Positions 49,173 through 59,300 of a DNA stretch of 64,000 bases are shown here, piece after piece. Below the pieces are notes generated by a model. The model did not search any database. It worked only from the letters and a program-made list of their open reading frames with translations, and was not told the DNA's origin. Position 1 is the first letter of the stretch, and every line of letters starts with the position of its first letter. The translations under genes were made by a program, and so were the position numbers. The DNA is taken from NCBI RefSeq assembly GCF_913777615.1, contig NZ_CAJYTK010000018.1; one strand, written 5' to 3'. Source of the DNA: an uncultured Agrobacterium sp. (GTDB taxonomy: Bacteria; Pseudomonadota; Alphaproteobacteria; Rhizobiales; Rhizobiaceae).

Positions 49173-49988
49173 TTATTGCCCGTCAATAGCCTTGCCGATA
49201 TGGGCAATCGCCTGCTGGTACACGGTCGCCGCGTTCCAGCCCTGAATCGCAGCAAAGCTCGGCTGACCCGGTTGATACCCTGCGCCACGCTGCCAGCCAT
49301 GACCGGCGAGGAAATTGGCAGTCGACGCCAGGGCATCGGCGCGTGAACCCACGAGATCGATCCGGCCATCGCGGTCGAAATCGACGCCGTAGCGCACAAC
49401 GTTCAGCGGCAGAAACTGCGTCTGCCCGATTTCGCCATGAGCAGCACCCTTGGCGTTGATGTTGAGCGAACCGTTGCCCACCAGCTTCAAAGCTGCGTAA
49501 AGCTGCTCGGTGAAGTAATCGGACCGGCGGCAATCGTAAGACAGCGTCGCAACGGCAGACAGCGTGTGCTGGTTACCCATGAAACCGCCAAAGCCGGTTT
49601 CCATGCCCCAAATCGCCAGAAGCGGGCCGGCTGGAACGCCGTAGGCGCGCTCGATATTGGCAAACAGCGCCGCATTGTTCTTCTTCATCGCCTTGCCGCG
49701 CGAGATGATGGCCTGACCACCGCGCTTTTGCATGAACTGATCGAAGGAAAGCTTGAAGCTGTGCTGACCGCGATCGGCGCGGATCGTTGCCTGATTATAG
49801 GTGACGTTCGAGAAAGCGCGATCAAGCACCGACTGGCTGACGCCGCGGCCAGCCGCTTCCTGCTTGAAGGATTGCACCCAGTTGCCGAAACCAGCCGAGG
49901 TGTTACCACATTGCGCTGCCTGCAGCGGCGTCGCCGCCAGCATCGCAACGACCGTTGCACCAAGGGAAAAAGCCGTTATTGCCCGCAT
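49173..49988 (-). CDS. Lytic murein transglycosylase (MltB/SLT_2 family), without C-terminal PG-binding domain
   Basis: LLAIWGMETGFG catalytic Glu, GEIGQTQFLP, VDFDRDGRIDL, ASTANFL; Sec signal. Confidence 0.9.
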   Translation of the reverse strand: MRAITAFSLGATVVAMLAATPLQAAQCGNTSAGFGNWVQSFKQEAAGRGVSQSVLDRAFSNVTYNQATIRADRGQHSFKLSFDQFMQKRGGQAIISRGKAMKKNNAALFANIERAYGVPAGPLLAIWGMETGFGGFMGNQHTLSAVATLSYDCRRSDYFTEQLYAALKLVGNGSLNINAKGAAHGEIGQTQFLPLNVVRYGVDFDRDGRIDLVGSRADALASTANFLAGHGWQRGAGYQPGQPSFAAIQGWNAATVYQQAIAHIGKAIDGQ

Positions 49989-50121
49989 CCGTATCTGCCT
50001 TTGATAAGGCGAGGGATGGCCCCTCGCCGTGTTCGCCTTGCTAGCGAGAATTGAAGAGGTACAAATTGCCTACCGTCTTCATGACCAGCAAATAAACTGG
50101 CCGTGATAGGCACGAAAATTG

Positions 50122-50156
50122 AAAACCCGTCCATTCTCGAAAGTAACGGACGGGTT
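50122..50156 (-). terminator. Terminator after asd
   Basis: AACCCGTCC...GGACGGGTT inverted repeat (50124-50132 / 50148-50156) followed by T residues on the minus strand. Confidence 0.6.
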
Positions 50157-50183
50157 ATAGTTAATAGTTGTTAAAAAACCGTA

Positions 50184-51218
50184 TCACGCAGCGGCTTTGC
50201 GCGGCTTGATGAGACCGCGGTTGATCAGGAGTTCGGCAATCTGAACGGCGTTCAGGGCAGCACCCTTGCGCAGGTTGTCGGAAACGACCCAAATGTTGAG
50301 ACCGTTTTCAACGGTTGCATCTTCACGAATGCGCGAAATATATGTCGCATCTTCTCCTGCGCACTCGACCGGGGTCACGTAGCCGCCGTTTTCATGCTTG
50401 TCGATGACGAGACAACCGGGCGCTTCGCGAAGGATGTCGCGCGCCTGATCGGCAGTGATTTCGTTTTCGAACTCGATATTGACCGATTCCGAATGGCCGA
50501 TGAAGACAGGCACGCGCACGGCCGTGCAGGTCACCTTGATCTTCGGGTCCAGCATCTTCTTGGTTTCTGCCAGAACCTTCCACTCTTCCTTCGTGTAACC
50601 GTCTTCCATGAAGACATCGATATGCGGAATGACGTTGAAGGCAATGCGCTTGGTGAACTTCTTGGTTTCAACAGGGTCAGCCACGAAGACCGCACGAGTC
50701 TGCTGGAACAGCTCGTCCATGCCTTCCTTGCCAGCGCCAGAGACGGACTGGTACGTGGAGACAACTACGCGCTTGATCTTGGCAGCATCGTGCAGCGGCT
50801 TCAGCGCCACGACGAGTTGCGCCGTCGAGCAATTCGGGTTGGCAATGATGTTCTTCTTCTTGAAGCCCTCGACGGCGTCGGCGTTGACTTCCGGCACGAT
50901 CAGCGGAACGTCCTGATCGTAGCGCCAGGCAGAGGAGTTATCGATAACGACGCAACCCTGCGCACCGATCTTCGGGGACCACTTCTTGGACACATCGCCG
51001 CCAGCAGACATCAGGCAGATGTCGGTATCGGAGAAATCGTAGTTTTCGAGATTGGAAACCTTCAGCGTACGGTCGCCGTAAGACACTTCCGTGCCCTGGC
51101 TACGGGCAGAGGCCAGCGGAACGACTTCGTCTGCCGGGAACCCACGTTCCGCCAGAATATTCAGCATTTCGCGCCCGACATTACCGGTGGCGCCTGCGAT
51201 TGCAACTTTGAAACCCAT
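50184..51218 (-). CDS. asd: Aspartate-semialdehyde dehydrogenase
   Basis: VAIAGATGNVG, VIDNSSAWR, IANPNCST catalytic Cys, STYQSVSGAG, DNLRKGAALN; start ATG 51218. Confidence 0.97.
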   Translation of the reverse strand: MGFKVAIAGATGNVGREMLNILAERGFPADEVVPLASARSQGTEVSYGDRTLKVSNLENYDFSDTDICLMSAGGDVSKKWSPKIGAQGCVVIDNSSAWRYDQDVPLIVPEVNADAVEGFKKKNIIANPNCSTAQLVVALKPLHDAAKIKRVVVSTYQSVSGAGKEGMDELFQQTRAVFVADPVETKKFTKRIAFNVIPHIDVFMEDGYTKEEWKVLAETKKMLDPKIKVTCTAVRVPVFIGHSESVNIEFENEITADQARDILREAPGCLVIDKHENGGYVTPVECAGEDATYISRIREDATVENGLNIWVVSDNLRKGAALNAVQIAELLINRGLIKPRKAAA

Positions 51219-51352
51219 GATCAAGCTCTCTTTCTGCCTCTCCTCTTTTTGGTGAGGGGGAGCCGCCAAACTGCGGCTTCCTTTCCCCGGCCAAACCGGG
51301 GAGAGAGCGGCGGGCCAGAGACGTCAGACGATTTTAATCGTCGTTTTGGCCG
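51219..51352 (-). promoter_or_regulatory. Putative attenuator / RBS-sequestering leader structure of asd
   Basis: Hairpins at 51284-51302 and 51261-51278; control-codon segment 51345-51352 complementary to 51288-51295; GCUCUCU (51302-51308) complementary to AGAGAGC just before the asd ATG (51225-51231); no U-tract terminator. Confidence 0.6.
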
Positions 51353-51440
51353 TAATTCGGATGGCGTAGGAAAGGCGCGCAGGATCGCCGGCTGAACCCG
51401 CCGGGCTTTGCATGACGGTCATGTGCTGAACATGTCGCAT
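51324..51440 (-). CDS. Putative asd leader peptide, 38 aa (MRHVQHMTVMQSPAGSAGDPARLSYAIRITAKTTIKIV)
   Basis: Hand-translated, below the ORF-track cutoff. AAGGAG RBS 9 nt before the ATG; the last 12 codons contain 4 Ile, 3 Thr and 2 Lys, and there are 3 Met in the first 10. Confidence 0.75.
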   Translation of the reverse strand: MRHVQHMTVMQSPAGSAGDPARLSYAIRITAKTTIKIV

Positions 51441-51467
51441 GACGTTGCGCTCCTTTTCGTGCCAAAG

Positions 51468-51496
51468 CTATTAGGAGGTTTGTCTTTTCTGTCAAG
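51468..51496 (-). promoter_or_regulatory. Sigma-70 promoter of the leader-asd transcript
   Basis: Minus strand CTTGAC-N17-TAATAG; the implied start site (about 51461) lies just before the leader RBS. Confidence 0.65.
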
Positions 51497-51752
51497 CTCA
51501 AACATAGCCGCCGCCTGGCAGGTTTATCGGGTTTTTGCCGACAAGTTTGCGCACGCCGCAGCGCAGATAACGTGGTCGGTCTAGTTGTCATACAGGTTAC
51601 CAGCCGTGGCCGTGAACGATCTCAAACACCACCCGCAGTAAGAACATCGAATCTGACCCTTATGTTCTTGTTTTATTCTCTTTCCCGTGCCAAGTTAACT
51701 GCACGATAGGGTAGAGCCGTGCGGACGGCGAATACGGCTGTGGGGGCCATTC

Positions 51753-53285
51753 ATGGTAGCGCGCGTCAATACAATTGCGTTTCAGGGTATCGAGGGCGTC
51801 CCTGTCGAAGTTCAGGTCATGGTGGCACCTGGCAAAGTCGGAATGCAGATCGTCGGCCTGCCGGATAAGGCTGTCGCCGAAAGCCGCGAACGTGTCCAGG
51901 CGGCACTTCACGCATCCGGCCTCGCCATGCCCGCCAAGCGGGTCACGGTCAATCTCGCCCCTGCCGATCTTCCCAAAGAAGGCTCGCATTTTGACCTCCC
52001 AATCGCGCTTGGCCTTATGGCCGCACTTGGCGCCATTCCAGCAGAGGCGCTCAACCGCTTCGTCGTGTTGGGAGAACTTAATCTGGACGGTACAATCGGT
52101 GCGGTGGCAGGTGCTCTTCCAGCCGCGATTGCCGCCAACACGCAAGACAAGGGTCTGATCTGCCCCGCCGATAGCGGACCCGAAGCCGCATGGGCGGGTG
52201 CCGATATCGACATCCTTGCGCCGCGCAGCCTGATTGCCATCGCCAACCATTTTCGCGGCACGCAACTTCTCTCAAGACCGGTTCCCGCCATTCGCGCCAA
52301 CCCGGACAATCTGCCGGACCTGGCGGACATCAAAGGCCAGGAGAGCGCGAAACGCGCGCTCGAGGTTGCGGCAGCCGGTGGTCACAATCTCCTGATGGTT
52401 GGCCCGCCCGGCTCCGGCAAATCCATGCTGGCCTCCCGTCTGCCTTCAATTCTGCCACCGCTTTCGGCTTCTGAACTTCTCGAAGTCTCGATGGTACATT
52501 CGATTGCAGGCCAACTTTCAGGCGGTAAACTCTCCGATCGACGCCCGTTTAGAACACCGCACCACTCGGCGACGATGGCCGCCCTTGTCGGCGGAGGGTT
52601 GCGCGCCAAGCCGGGCGAGGCCTCGCTCGCCCACCACGGGGTGCTGTTTCTCGACGAATTTCCAGAATTCTCGCCGCAGGTGCTGGATGCGTTGCGCCAA
52701 CCGCTCGAAACCGGTGAATGCATCATCGCCCGCGCCAATCACCGCGTCAGCTATCCCGCCGAGATCCAGCTGGTGGCAGCCATGAACCCCTGCAAATGCG
52801 GCATGGCCGGTGAACCCGGCTTCACCTGCGCACGCGGCCCAAGATGCGTTTCCGATTACCAGGCGCGCATTTCCGGTCCGCTGATGGACCGCATCGATAT
52901 CCGTATCGAAGTTCCTGCCGTCTCCGCAGCCGACCTGATCCGCCCCATGGCAGCAGAGGCGAGCGCCGATGTGGCCCGCCGTGTCGCGCGTGCCCGCCAG
53001 ATGCAGGAAGAACGCTTTGCAGCCGCAGGCTTTCAGGGCATCCGCACCAATGCACGCTGCACCACGGCACTGATCGAAAAATACGCCGAGCCCGACGCAG
53101 CCGGTCTTCAGCTTTTGCGCGACGCCGCCGAGAAGCTGAAATTCTCCGCTCGCGGATATCACCGCATCCTCAAGGTTGCGAGGACGCTCGCCGATCTGGA
53201 CGATAAGGCTGTCGTCGGGCGACTGCATCTGGCGGAGGCTATTTCTTACCGCATCGCCGGTGAGAGGCTTTCTGCTGCGGCTTGA
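51753..53285 (+). CDS. comM: YifB/ComM-family Mg-chelatase-like AAA+ ATPase
   Basis: IVGLPDKAVAESRERV, NLAPADLPKEGSHFDLPIA, GPPGSGKS, RTPHHSAT, GVLFLDE, AAMNPCKCG, SGPLMDRID, LSARG-like FSARGYHRILKVARTLADL. Confidence 0.93.
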   Translation: MVARVNTIAFQGIEGVPVEVQVMVAPGKVGMQIVGLPDKAVAESRERVQAALHASGLAMPAKRVTVNLAPADLPKEGSHFDLPIALGLMAALGAIPAEALNRFVVLGELNLDGTIGAVAGALPAAIAANTQDKGLICPADSGPEAAWAGADIDILAPRSLIAIANHFRGTQLLSRPVPAIRANPDNLPDLADIKGQESAKRALEVAAAGGHNLLMVGPPGSGKSMLASRLPSILPPLSASELLEVSMVHSIAGQLSGGKLSDRRPFRTPHHSATMAALVGGGLRAKPGEASLAHHGVLFLDEFPEFSPQVLDALRQPLETGECIIARANHRVSYPAEIQLVAAMNPCKCGMAGEPGFTCARGPRCVSDYQARISGPLMDRIDIRIEVPAVSAADLIRPMAAEASADVARRVARARQMQEERFAAAGFQGIRTNARCTTALIEKYAEPDAAGLQLLRDAAEKLKFSARGYHRILKVARTLADLDDKAVVGRLHLAEAISYRIAGERLSAAA

Positions 53286-53716
53286 TTTGTTTACCGGACG
53301 GTTTCACTGCCACGGCTTTGATAAATGACGTGAAAAATTCTTTTTGTTGGCAAGATCAGCCAGTCGTACCGAAGCGTCCAGCAATAACTCTGGAGTGACC
53401 CACAGCAAAAGAGACAAAAAGCTGATCTCGGTTATGCGGTAAAAGTGTCGCGCGGCGTTGACTGGGTTCTGCTCTTACGAGAGTTTTGGAAAACACTCCG
53501 ATCGGCATGGCGGAGAGGTCTAGAGCGCCTGAAGTCAACACCCAGTTTTGAATTGAAACGAACTTAAAAGTGCAACGACTTTCCTTAGGGTTTGGCCTGA
53601 TGATCAAGGCGCGCCGACAATCTGTCACCGAGAATAAGTCGAATTCGACGTAATTTGTGAAGTTTTCGCTCACCCGTCATTGCTAAAATCGAGCCGATCA
53701 AGGTGGGGGACCGACG

Positions 53717-54223
53717 ATGGTTGTAAAGATGATGATAGCGAGTGCCATTGCGATGGCGTCGCGGACAATGCCACTGATGCCGATTTCGATGGGGCGCAGA
53801 CGAACAGCGCCGGTGATTTCGGCTTCATCCGGACATATGGAGATGAAGCCAGCTCCGATCAATCCGGAGTGGATTATATCTGGTGACCCACAAGCGCGCA
53901 TGGCGGACCATTCTCGCAGTGGTGACCGGGCTGCCTATACCGCGCTGTGGGATTGCACGGCGGGGACGTTCCGTTGGTTCTTCATGTGGGATGAGACCGT
54001 TCATATCATCGAGGGAGATGTGCATGTAACGGCGGCCGATGGGTCGGTACATCATCTCCATGCAGGGGATGTTGCCTACTTCAAAGCTGGGACGTGGGCC
54101 ACGTGGCGCGTGGACACCTATGTTCGCAAGGTCGCTTTCCTTCGCAGGCCCTTTCCGATGGCGCTCGCCCTTGCCTACAGCGTCAAGAACCGAGTTTTCC
54201 CGGCAAAAGCGCCGTCGCTCTGA
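53717..54223 (+). CDS. Cupin-domain protein (DUF861/EutQ-like)
   Basis: PINPEWIISGDPQAR, ALWDCTAGTFRWFF, DETVHIIEG, LHAGDVAYF, VRKV. Confidence 0.85.
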   Translation: MVVKMMIASAIAMASRTMPLMPISMGRRRTAPVISASSGHMEMKPAPINPEWIISGDPQARMADHSRSGDRAAYTALWDCTAGTFRWFFMWDETVHIIEGDVHVTAADGSVHHLHAGDVAYFKAGTWATWRVDTYVRKVAFLRRPFPMALALAYSVKNRVFPAKAPSL

Positions 54224-54237
54224 GGCGGCAATCCGCT

Positions 54238-56319
54238 CTATTGAACGAAAATGCGCACACTCGACGCCCGGCCATCGGCGTCGATGACGGTTAGCGTGGA
54301 AAAGCCTTGACCTTCCGGCTGCCACTCGTTGCTGCGTTTGCGCGTGAGATCCGGCAGCGGCTTTCCATTTGCAAGCCAGCGGAACGGCGCACGGCCACCC
54401 TGAAGTTTGAGGACCAGCGGCGAAATTGCGCCTGTGCTATCTGACAATTCGACCCGCGCACCCTCCGGCGGATAGACGATCAAAGGCGAAGACTCGCGCC
54501 TGGATGACGAGAGAAGTCCGCTGGATGTTGTGGTGAAGCGGCGCTGATTGGCAGGAAGGTCGCCGTAGCTCAGCCTTAAAACGCCGCTTGGTGCGGGTGC
54601 AAAAGGCGTGTTCGCCACGGCGGACTTGGCAAAGGCATCGAAAAGTATAGGGGCTGCAGTCGCGTAACCGGCAATGCCGGGAACGGACCCGTTATCGGCG
54701 CGTCCCACCCAGACCCCAATCACATATCGGCCATCGTAACCGACCGACCAGGCGTCGCGATAGCCGTAGCTCGTACCGGTCTTATAAGCGATGCCGCGCT
54801 GCTTCATGCCAAGTGGCGGCAGAACGCCGGATAGCGTATCGGTAATGTTCCAGATGGCGCTGCGTGAAAAGATCGGTTCGACGTCGAGAACCTCTGGCCT
54901 GTTTCTCACGCCATCGCCAAGCTTGACCGGCTGACCCTGATTGGCAAGGCTCGCATAGAGCTGAACGAGATCCACCAACGACAAACCCGCACCGCCAAGC
55001 GCGATAGCAAGGCCTGGTGGCTCGGTCTTGGGAAGCGTGAGATTGACGGAAGCGCGCCTGAAGCGCACCATCAACGCGGCTGGGCTGACGGCATCCAGAA
55101 GCTTGACCGCGGGCACGTTGAGAGACAATTGCAGGGCTTGGCGGATACTGACATCGCCCTGATACTGCATATCGAAGTTGCGCGGTCGATAGCCGGAGAA
55201 ATCCGCCGGGCGGTCCTCGATGATCGTCTCCTGCGAGACGAGGCCATTTTCAAAAGCAAGCCCGTAGATGAAGGGCTTCAGCGTCGAGCCCGGTGAGCGG
55301 ATGGCGCGGCTCATCTCCACCCAGCCACGACGGTCGCTATCTAGAAAACCGGCGGAGCCGACTTCTGCAAGAATTTCACCGTTGCTGCTATCGGCCATGA
55401 CGATGGCGACCGAGACCTTGTCGCTAATCCTGTCTGCGGCATGTCGCGCCAGGGCTTCGAGTTCGTTCTGGATGCCGCGCCGCAACGTGGAGCCGATGAC
55501 ATGCTGGCTTGGAAACTTTGTCCGCGCAGCCTGCGCCAAATGCGGAGCGAAGGCAGGCAGCGCCAAACGATCCCTGGGAACAGCTGTGGCGGATGCACGT
55601 TCGGCTTCTCCTTCCCCAACAATGCGAGCGACAGCGAGCCTTTGCAGCACGCGCTCGCGGGCCTCTTTGGCAGCGTCCGGAAAACGATCCGGTCTTCGCT
55701 TTTCGGGAAGTTGCGGTAGCGACACCAGAAGCGCCGCCTCTGCCGTATCGAGCCGCCGTGGCTCCTTGCCGAACCAGGCGAGACTTGCTGCGCGAATGCC
55801 TTCGATATTGCCGCCATAGGGCGCGATATTGAGATAGAGTTCGAGGATTTCATCCTTGCTTAAACGGCGCTCGATCTGCACGGCGCGCAGCATCTGGCGG
55901 AATTTGGCGCTGAAAGAACGATCGGCGCGTGGCTCGATCAGCCGTGCCACCTGCATCGAGAGCGTAGACGCGCCGGAAACGATGCGGCCATTGGTCAGCA
56001 ACTGCCACGCGGAGCGTCCCAGCGCCTGGATATCGACGCCGTGGTGGTCGTAAAACCGCTGATCCTCATAGGCGATCAGCATCTTGATAAATTGCGGATC
56101 GACCTCTGAGGCAGTTGTCTGCAGTCGCCAGCGTCCGTCCGGCGTAGCGAAGGCGCGCAGAAGCTTGCCATCGGCATCCACCAGTTCCTGCGAAACAAGG
56201 CGGGCATTTTCCAACGGGGGCGGATAGGCACGATCCAGACGGTCAAGCCCATACATGGCGGCGCCAGATACGCACGCCGCCAGAGCAAAGCCAACGAACA
56301 AGCTGTGCCAACCCCTCAT
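54238..56319 (-). CDS. pbpC: Penicillin-binding protein 1C
   Basis: GT51 motifs EDQRF, GASTLSMQ, YLNIAPYG; TP motifs SPGSTLK (SxxK), SLN, KTG; C-terminal BiPBP domain; ATGA-coupled to the alpha-2-macroglobulin gene. Confidence 0.95.
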   Translation of the reverse strand: MRGWHSLFVGFALAACVSGAAMYGLDRLDRAYPPPLENARLVSQELVDADGKLLRAFATPDGRWRLQTTASEVDPQFIKMLIAYEDQRFYDHHGVDIQALGRSAWQLLTNGRIVSGASTLSMQVARLIEPRADRSFSAKFRQMLRAVQIERRLSKDEILELYLNIAPYGGNIEGIRAASLAWFGKEPRRLDTAEAALLVSLPQLPEKRRPDRFPDAAKEARERVLQRLAVARIVGEGEAERASATAVPRDRLALPAFAPHLAQAARTKFPSQHVIGSTLRRGIQNELEALARHAADRISDKVSVAIVMADSSNGEILAEVGSAGFLDSDRRGWVEMSRAIRSPGSTLKPFIYGLAFENGLVSQETIIEDRPADFSGYRPRNFDMQYQGDVSIRQALQLSLNVPAVKLLDAVSPAALMVRFRRASVNLTLPKTEPPGLAIALGGAGLSLVDLVQLYASLANQGQPVKLGDGVRNRPEVLDVEPIFSRSAIWNITDTLSGVLPPLGMKQRGIAYKTGTSYGYRDAWSVGYDGRYVIGVWVGRADNGSVPGIAGYATAAPILFDAFAKSAVANTPFAPAPSGVLRLSYGDLPANQRRFTTTSSGLLSSSRRESSPLIVYPPEGARVELSDSTGAISPLVLKLQGGRAPFRWLANGKPLPDLTRKRSNEWQPEGQGFSTLTVIDADGRASSVRIFVQ

Positions 56320-59300
56320 TGCTGCGCTGCGCGAACCTCCATGCGGCCCGTCGCGGTACGGGCGGAAAACTGCGGACGATACATGTCCTCCACGCTCGCG
56401 GCCGGGTTGTCATAGGTGCCGGGCGTTACGGCACGTACCACATAGGCCAGCGTGATTTCCGAACCATCGCCCGCACTTCTGTCGAAAGCCGCGACGAAGC
56501 GGTCGTAACGGAATTCCGTATGCGCCGCTTGCGTTTCCGGCAACCAGTCGAAGTTGGCAAGCGCTGCACTGTTGACGAGGCTCGGATTATCGATCTCGAA
56601 ACCGGCTGGCAGAAGATCGGTGACGAGAATGCGTGCCTGCCAGTCATTTTGCGGAATGGCGGTCAGCACCACAACGTATCGTTGGTTCTGCTCGACCTCG
56701 CTGACATTCACCTCCTCGCCATCCATTGAGTAATAGGTCTTCTCGATGGTAAAGCCGTCGCCGCCCGCCGGCAGGGGCTTGGACGGCGGCGCCACGGTGG
56801 TGACGACCGCCGTGACAGGGTTCGCCGAGGCGTTGGTGACGTTGAGCGGCGCCCGAAGCAATTCATCGCCGCTCATACGCTGGCTGAAGCCGCCCCGTTT
56901 CAACGTGCCGTTCACATCGAGGCGAATATCTTTGTCCTCGCCCTTCAAGGCACGGGCGGCCAGAACCATCCAGGCTTGCTCCTGCGTACTGGTATAGCTC
57001 CTTGACTCGAAATCCTTGGCAACGACGCCCGCAAGCTGAGACACGACCGCCGGAACCGGACGGCTTTCTGCCGCCAGCGCCAGAGAGGCGGCGCCATCTC
57101 GCAACGCTGAACCGTAATCGGCGCGCGCCAGCGGCACGTTCGCGCTGGAAGAGGCCATGGTCAACGAGGCTCCGAAGGCGGATTTGGCGCGTGCCGCATC
57201 GCCATAGAGAGAGAGCGCTGCCGCAACCTGTGCCTTGGCAAGCGGCGTCGGGAACTCGTTCAAGGCCGTATCAGAATAATAGCGCAGATCGTTGATCGCA
57301 GCCTTGCGGTTGCGCGCCAGAACGTAGAGCGAATAGGCGATCTCGTTGCCGCGATCCTTGACATTGCTGTCATAGGCGAGCCCATTTTGCAGATTGTTCA
57401 GTGCCTGCACCATGGCCGCTTCCGGCACATCGTAGGACTGCTCACGTGCCCGCGTCAGGAAATCGGTGATGTAGGCGTCCAGCCATAGATCCCCTTCGCC
57501 CGGCGACCAGAGACCGAAGCTACCTGCGCTCGATTGGAAAGAGAGCACCCGGTAGATCGCATCCTGCACACGCTTGCGCAGTTCCGGATCGTCCTTGCCA
57601 CCGCTGTCCTTCATTAATTCGGCCGCGTAAAGCAGCGGCAGCGCCCGGCTCGTCGTCTGTTCGGCGCAGCCATAGGGATACTTGTCCAGCATCATCATCA
57701 GTGCCGGAACATCGAAGGCCGGAGAGCGGGTGACGTTGACCGACACCGACGAGCCAACCAGCAAGCTATCGGCCAGGAGGTTGCCGTCCACCGTCAGACT
57801 GCTGTTCGGCGCAATCTTGATGTTGCGGCGTGTCGTGACCGGAAGAACCGATGGACGCACGGGAATGGTCAGCGCCTGCTCCAGCGAAATACCGCTGGCG
57901 TTGCTGACCCTGATCGCGATCTCCCCTTCACCGGGAAATTCGCCCGTCAAAGGCACGGTCAGCGACGTCTTCCCACCCTTCTCCAGCCTCTTTACCTCAG
58001 AAAATTCGCCCTGATCCACGGTCACAGCCATGTTGCTGGTGACATCGATCTTGTAATCACCTGCCTCGCCATCGGTGTTGACAATGTCGAGCCGCAACTG
58101 CGACACGTCGCTTGGGCTGAGGAACTTTGGTGCGCTGGAAGTCACAACCACCGGATCGCGAATGACGACATCCGAAACCGCATGGCCGACTCCGGTCTTG
58201 GTCCAGGCAACCGCCATGACCCGCGCCGTGCCGTTGAATTGCGGAATATCGAAACTGACCGTCGCCTTGCCCTCACTATCCAATTCAACCGGACCGGCAA
58301 AAAATGCGACGAGCTTCTCTTTCGGCGGGCTGCCCTGCAGCGCAACCTGCCCGCCATCGCCACCGGTTCTGAGACGCCCAGTGGCTCCGAGCGAACCATC
58401 GATCAGGCGGCCATATAGATCGCGGATTTCAAGCCCAAGCCTACGCTGGCCGAAATACCATTCATCCGGTTTCGGCGGCTCGTAGCGGGTGAGGTTCAAA
58501 ATGCCGACATCCACGGCTGCAATCGTCACATAGGCCTTGTCGCCAGCGCCCGCACCGGAAACATGCACCGGAATCTGCAGCGCCTGTCTTGGCAATGTCT
58601 GCTTGGGAAGATCGAGCGCGATGCCGAGCTTGCGCTCGCCCGGATCGACCGCAAGCCACTTCACGCCAATGGCGCGCATCGGCATGCGGCTTTCCTGCGC
58701 ATCGCCGGGGCGGAACAGGGTTGCCGTCACATAGGAGCCAGCGCCCCAATCTTCGGTCACCGGGATTTCGACTTCGCCGCCCTTGTCACCGATCTCGACA
58801 TTCTGCACCGAGATCAGCTTTTCGGAACCTGCGACCACCATCAACTGTCCGGCGTAACGGGAGGTGACCTGAAGCTTGGCGGTCTCGCCGACCTTATAGC
58901 TCTGCTTGTCGAGCGCGATTTCCAGCGCATCCGGCGTCTCGGTCGAGCTTGCGGTAACGAACCAGCCAGCATCGAACTCCACGCTGGAGACTGCGCCATC
59001 ATTTTGCGGGGCTTCAACCTCCAGCCGGTAACGGCCCCAGTTGACGGGAACGGAAATCTCCGCGCCATCCGTTGTTACGGAAAGCGTACCGGTCTCTACC
59101 TGCTTGGTATGAACCACCGGCTCATAGCGCCAGGAATTGCCCTGACGATACCATTGATAATTGCGCTCGACCTTGATCAGCTTCCAGGTGAGGTCCTTCA
59201 TGGCCTGCCTACTGCCATCTGGCGCAAGGCCGATCACATGGAAACGGCCGATGGAGTTTTCCGCCAGATCCCCCGAGAATTGCGGCTTTATGCCGATCAT

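Noticed and set aside
50161-50174. TTAA-N6-TTAA upstream of the lytic transglycosylase
   Set aside because: Spacing is 6, not the 7 required for a CtrA box, and it lies beside the asd terminator.
50394-51395. 333-aa plus-strand ORF
   Set aside because: Antisense to asd and its leader; no motifs or RBS.
51753-53285. comM as evidence of a natural competence system
   Set aside because: ComM/YifB is near-ubiquitous, and no uptake genes (comEC, dprA, pili) are in the window.
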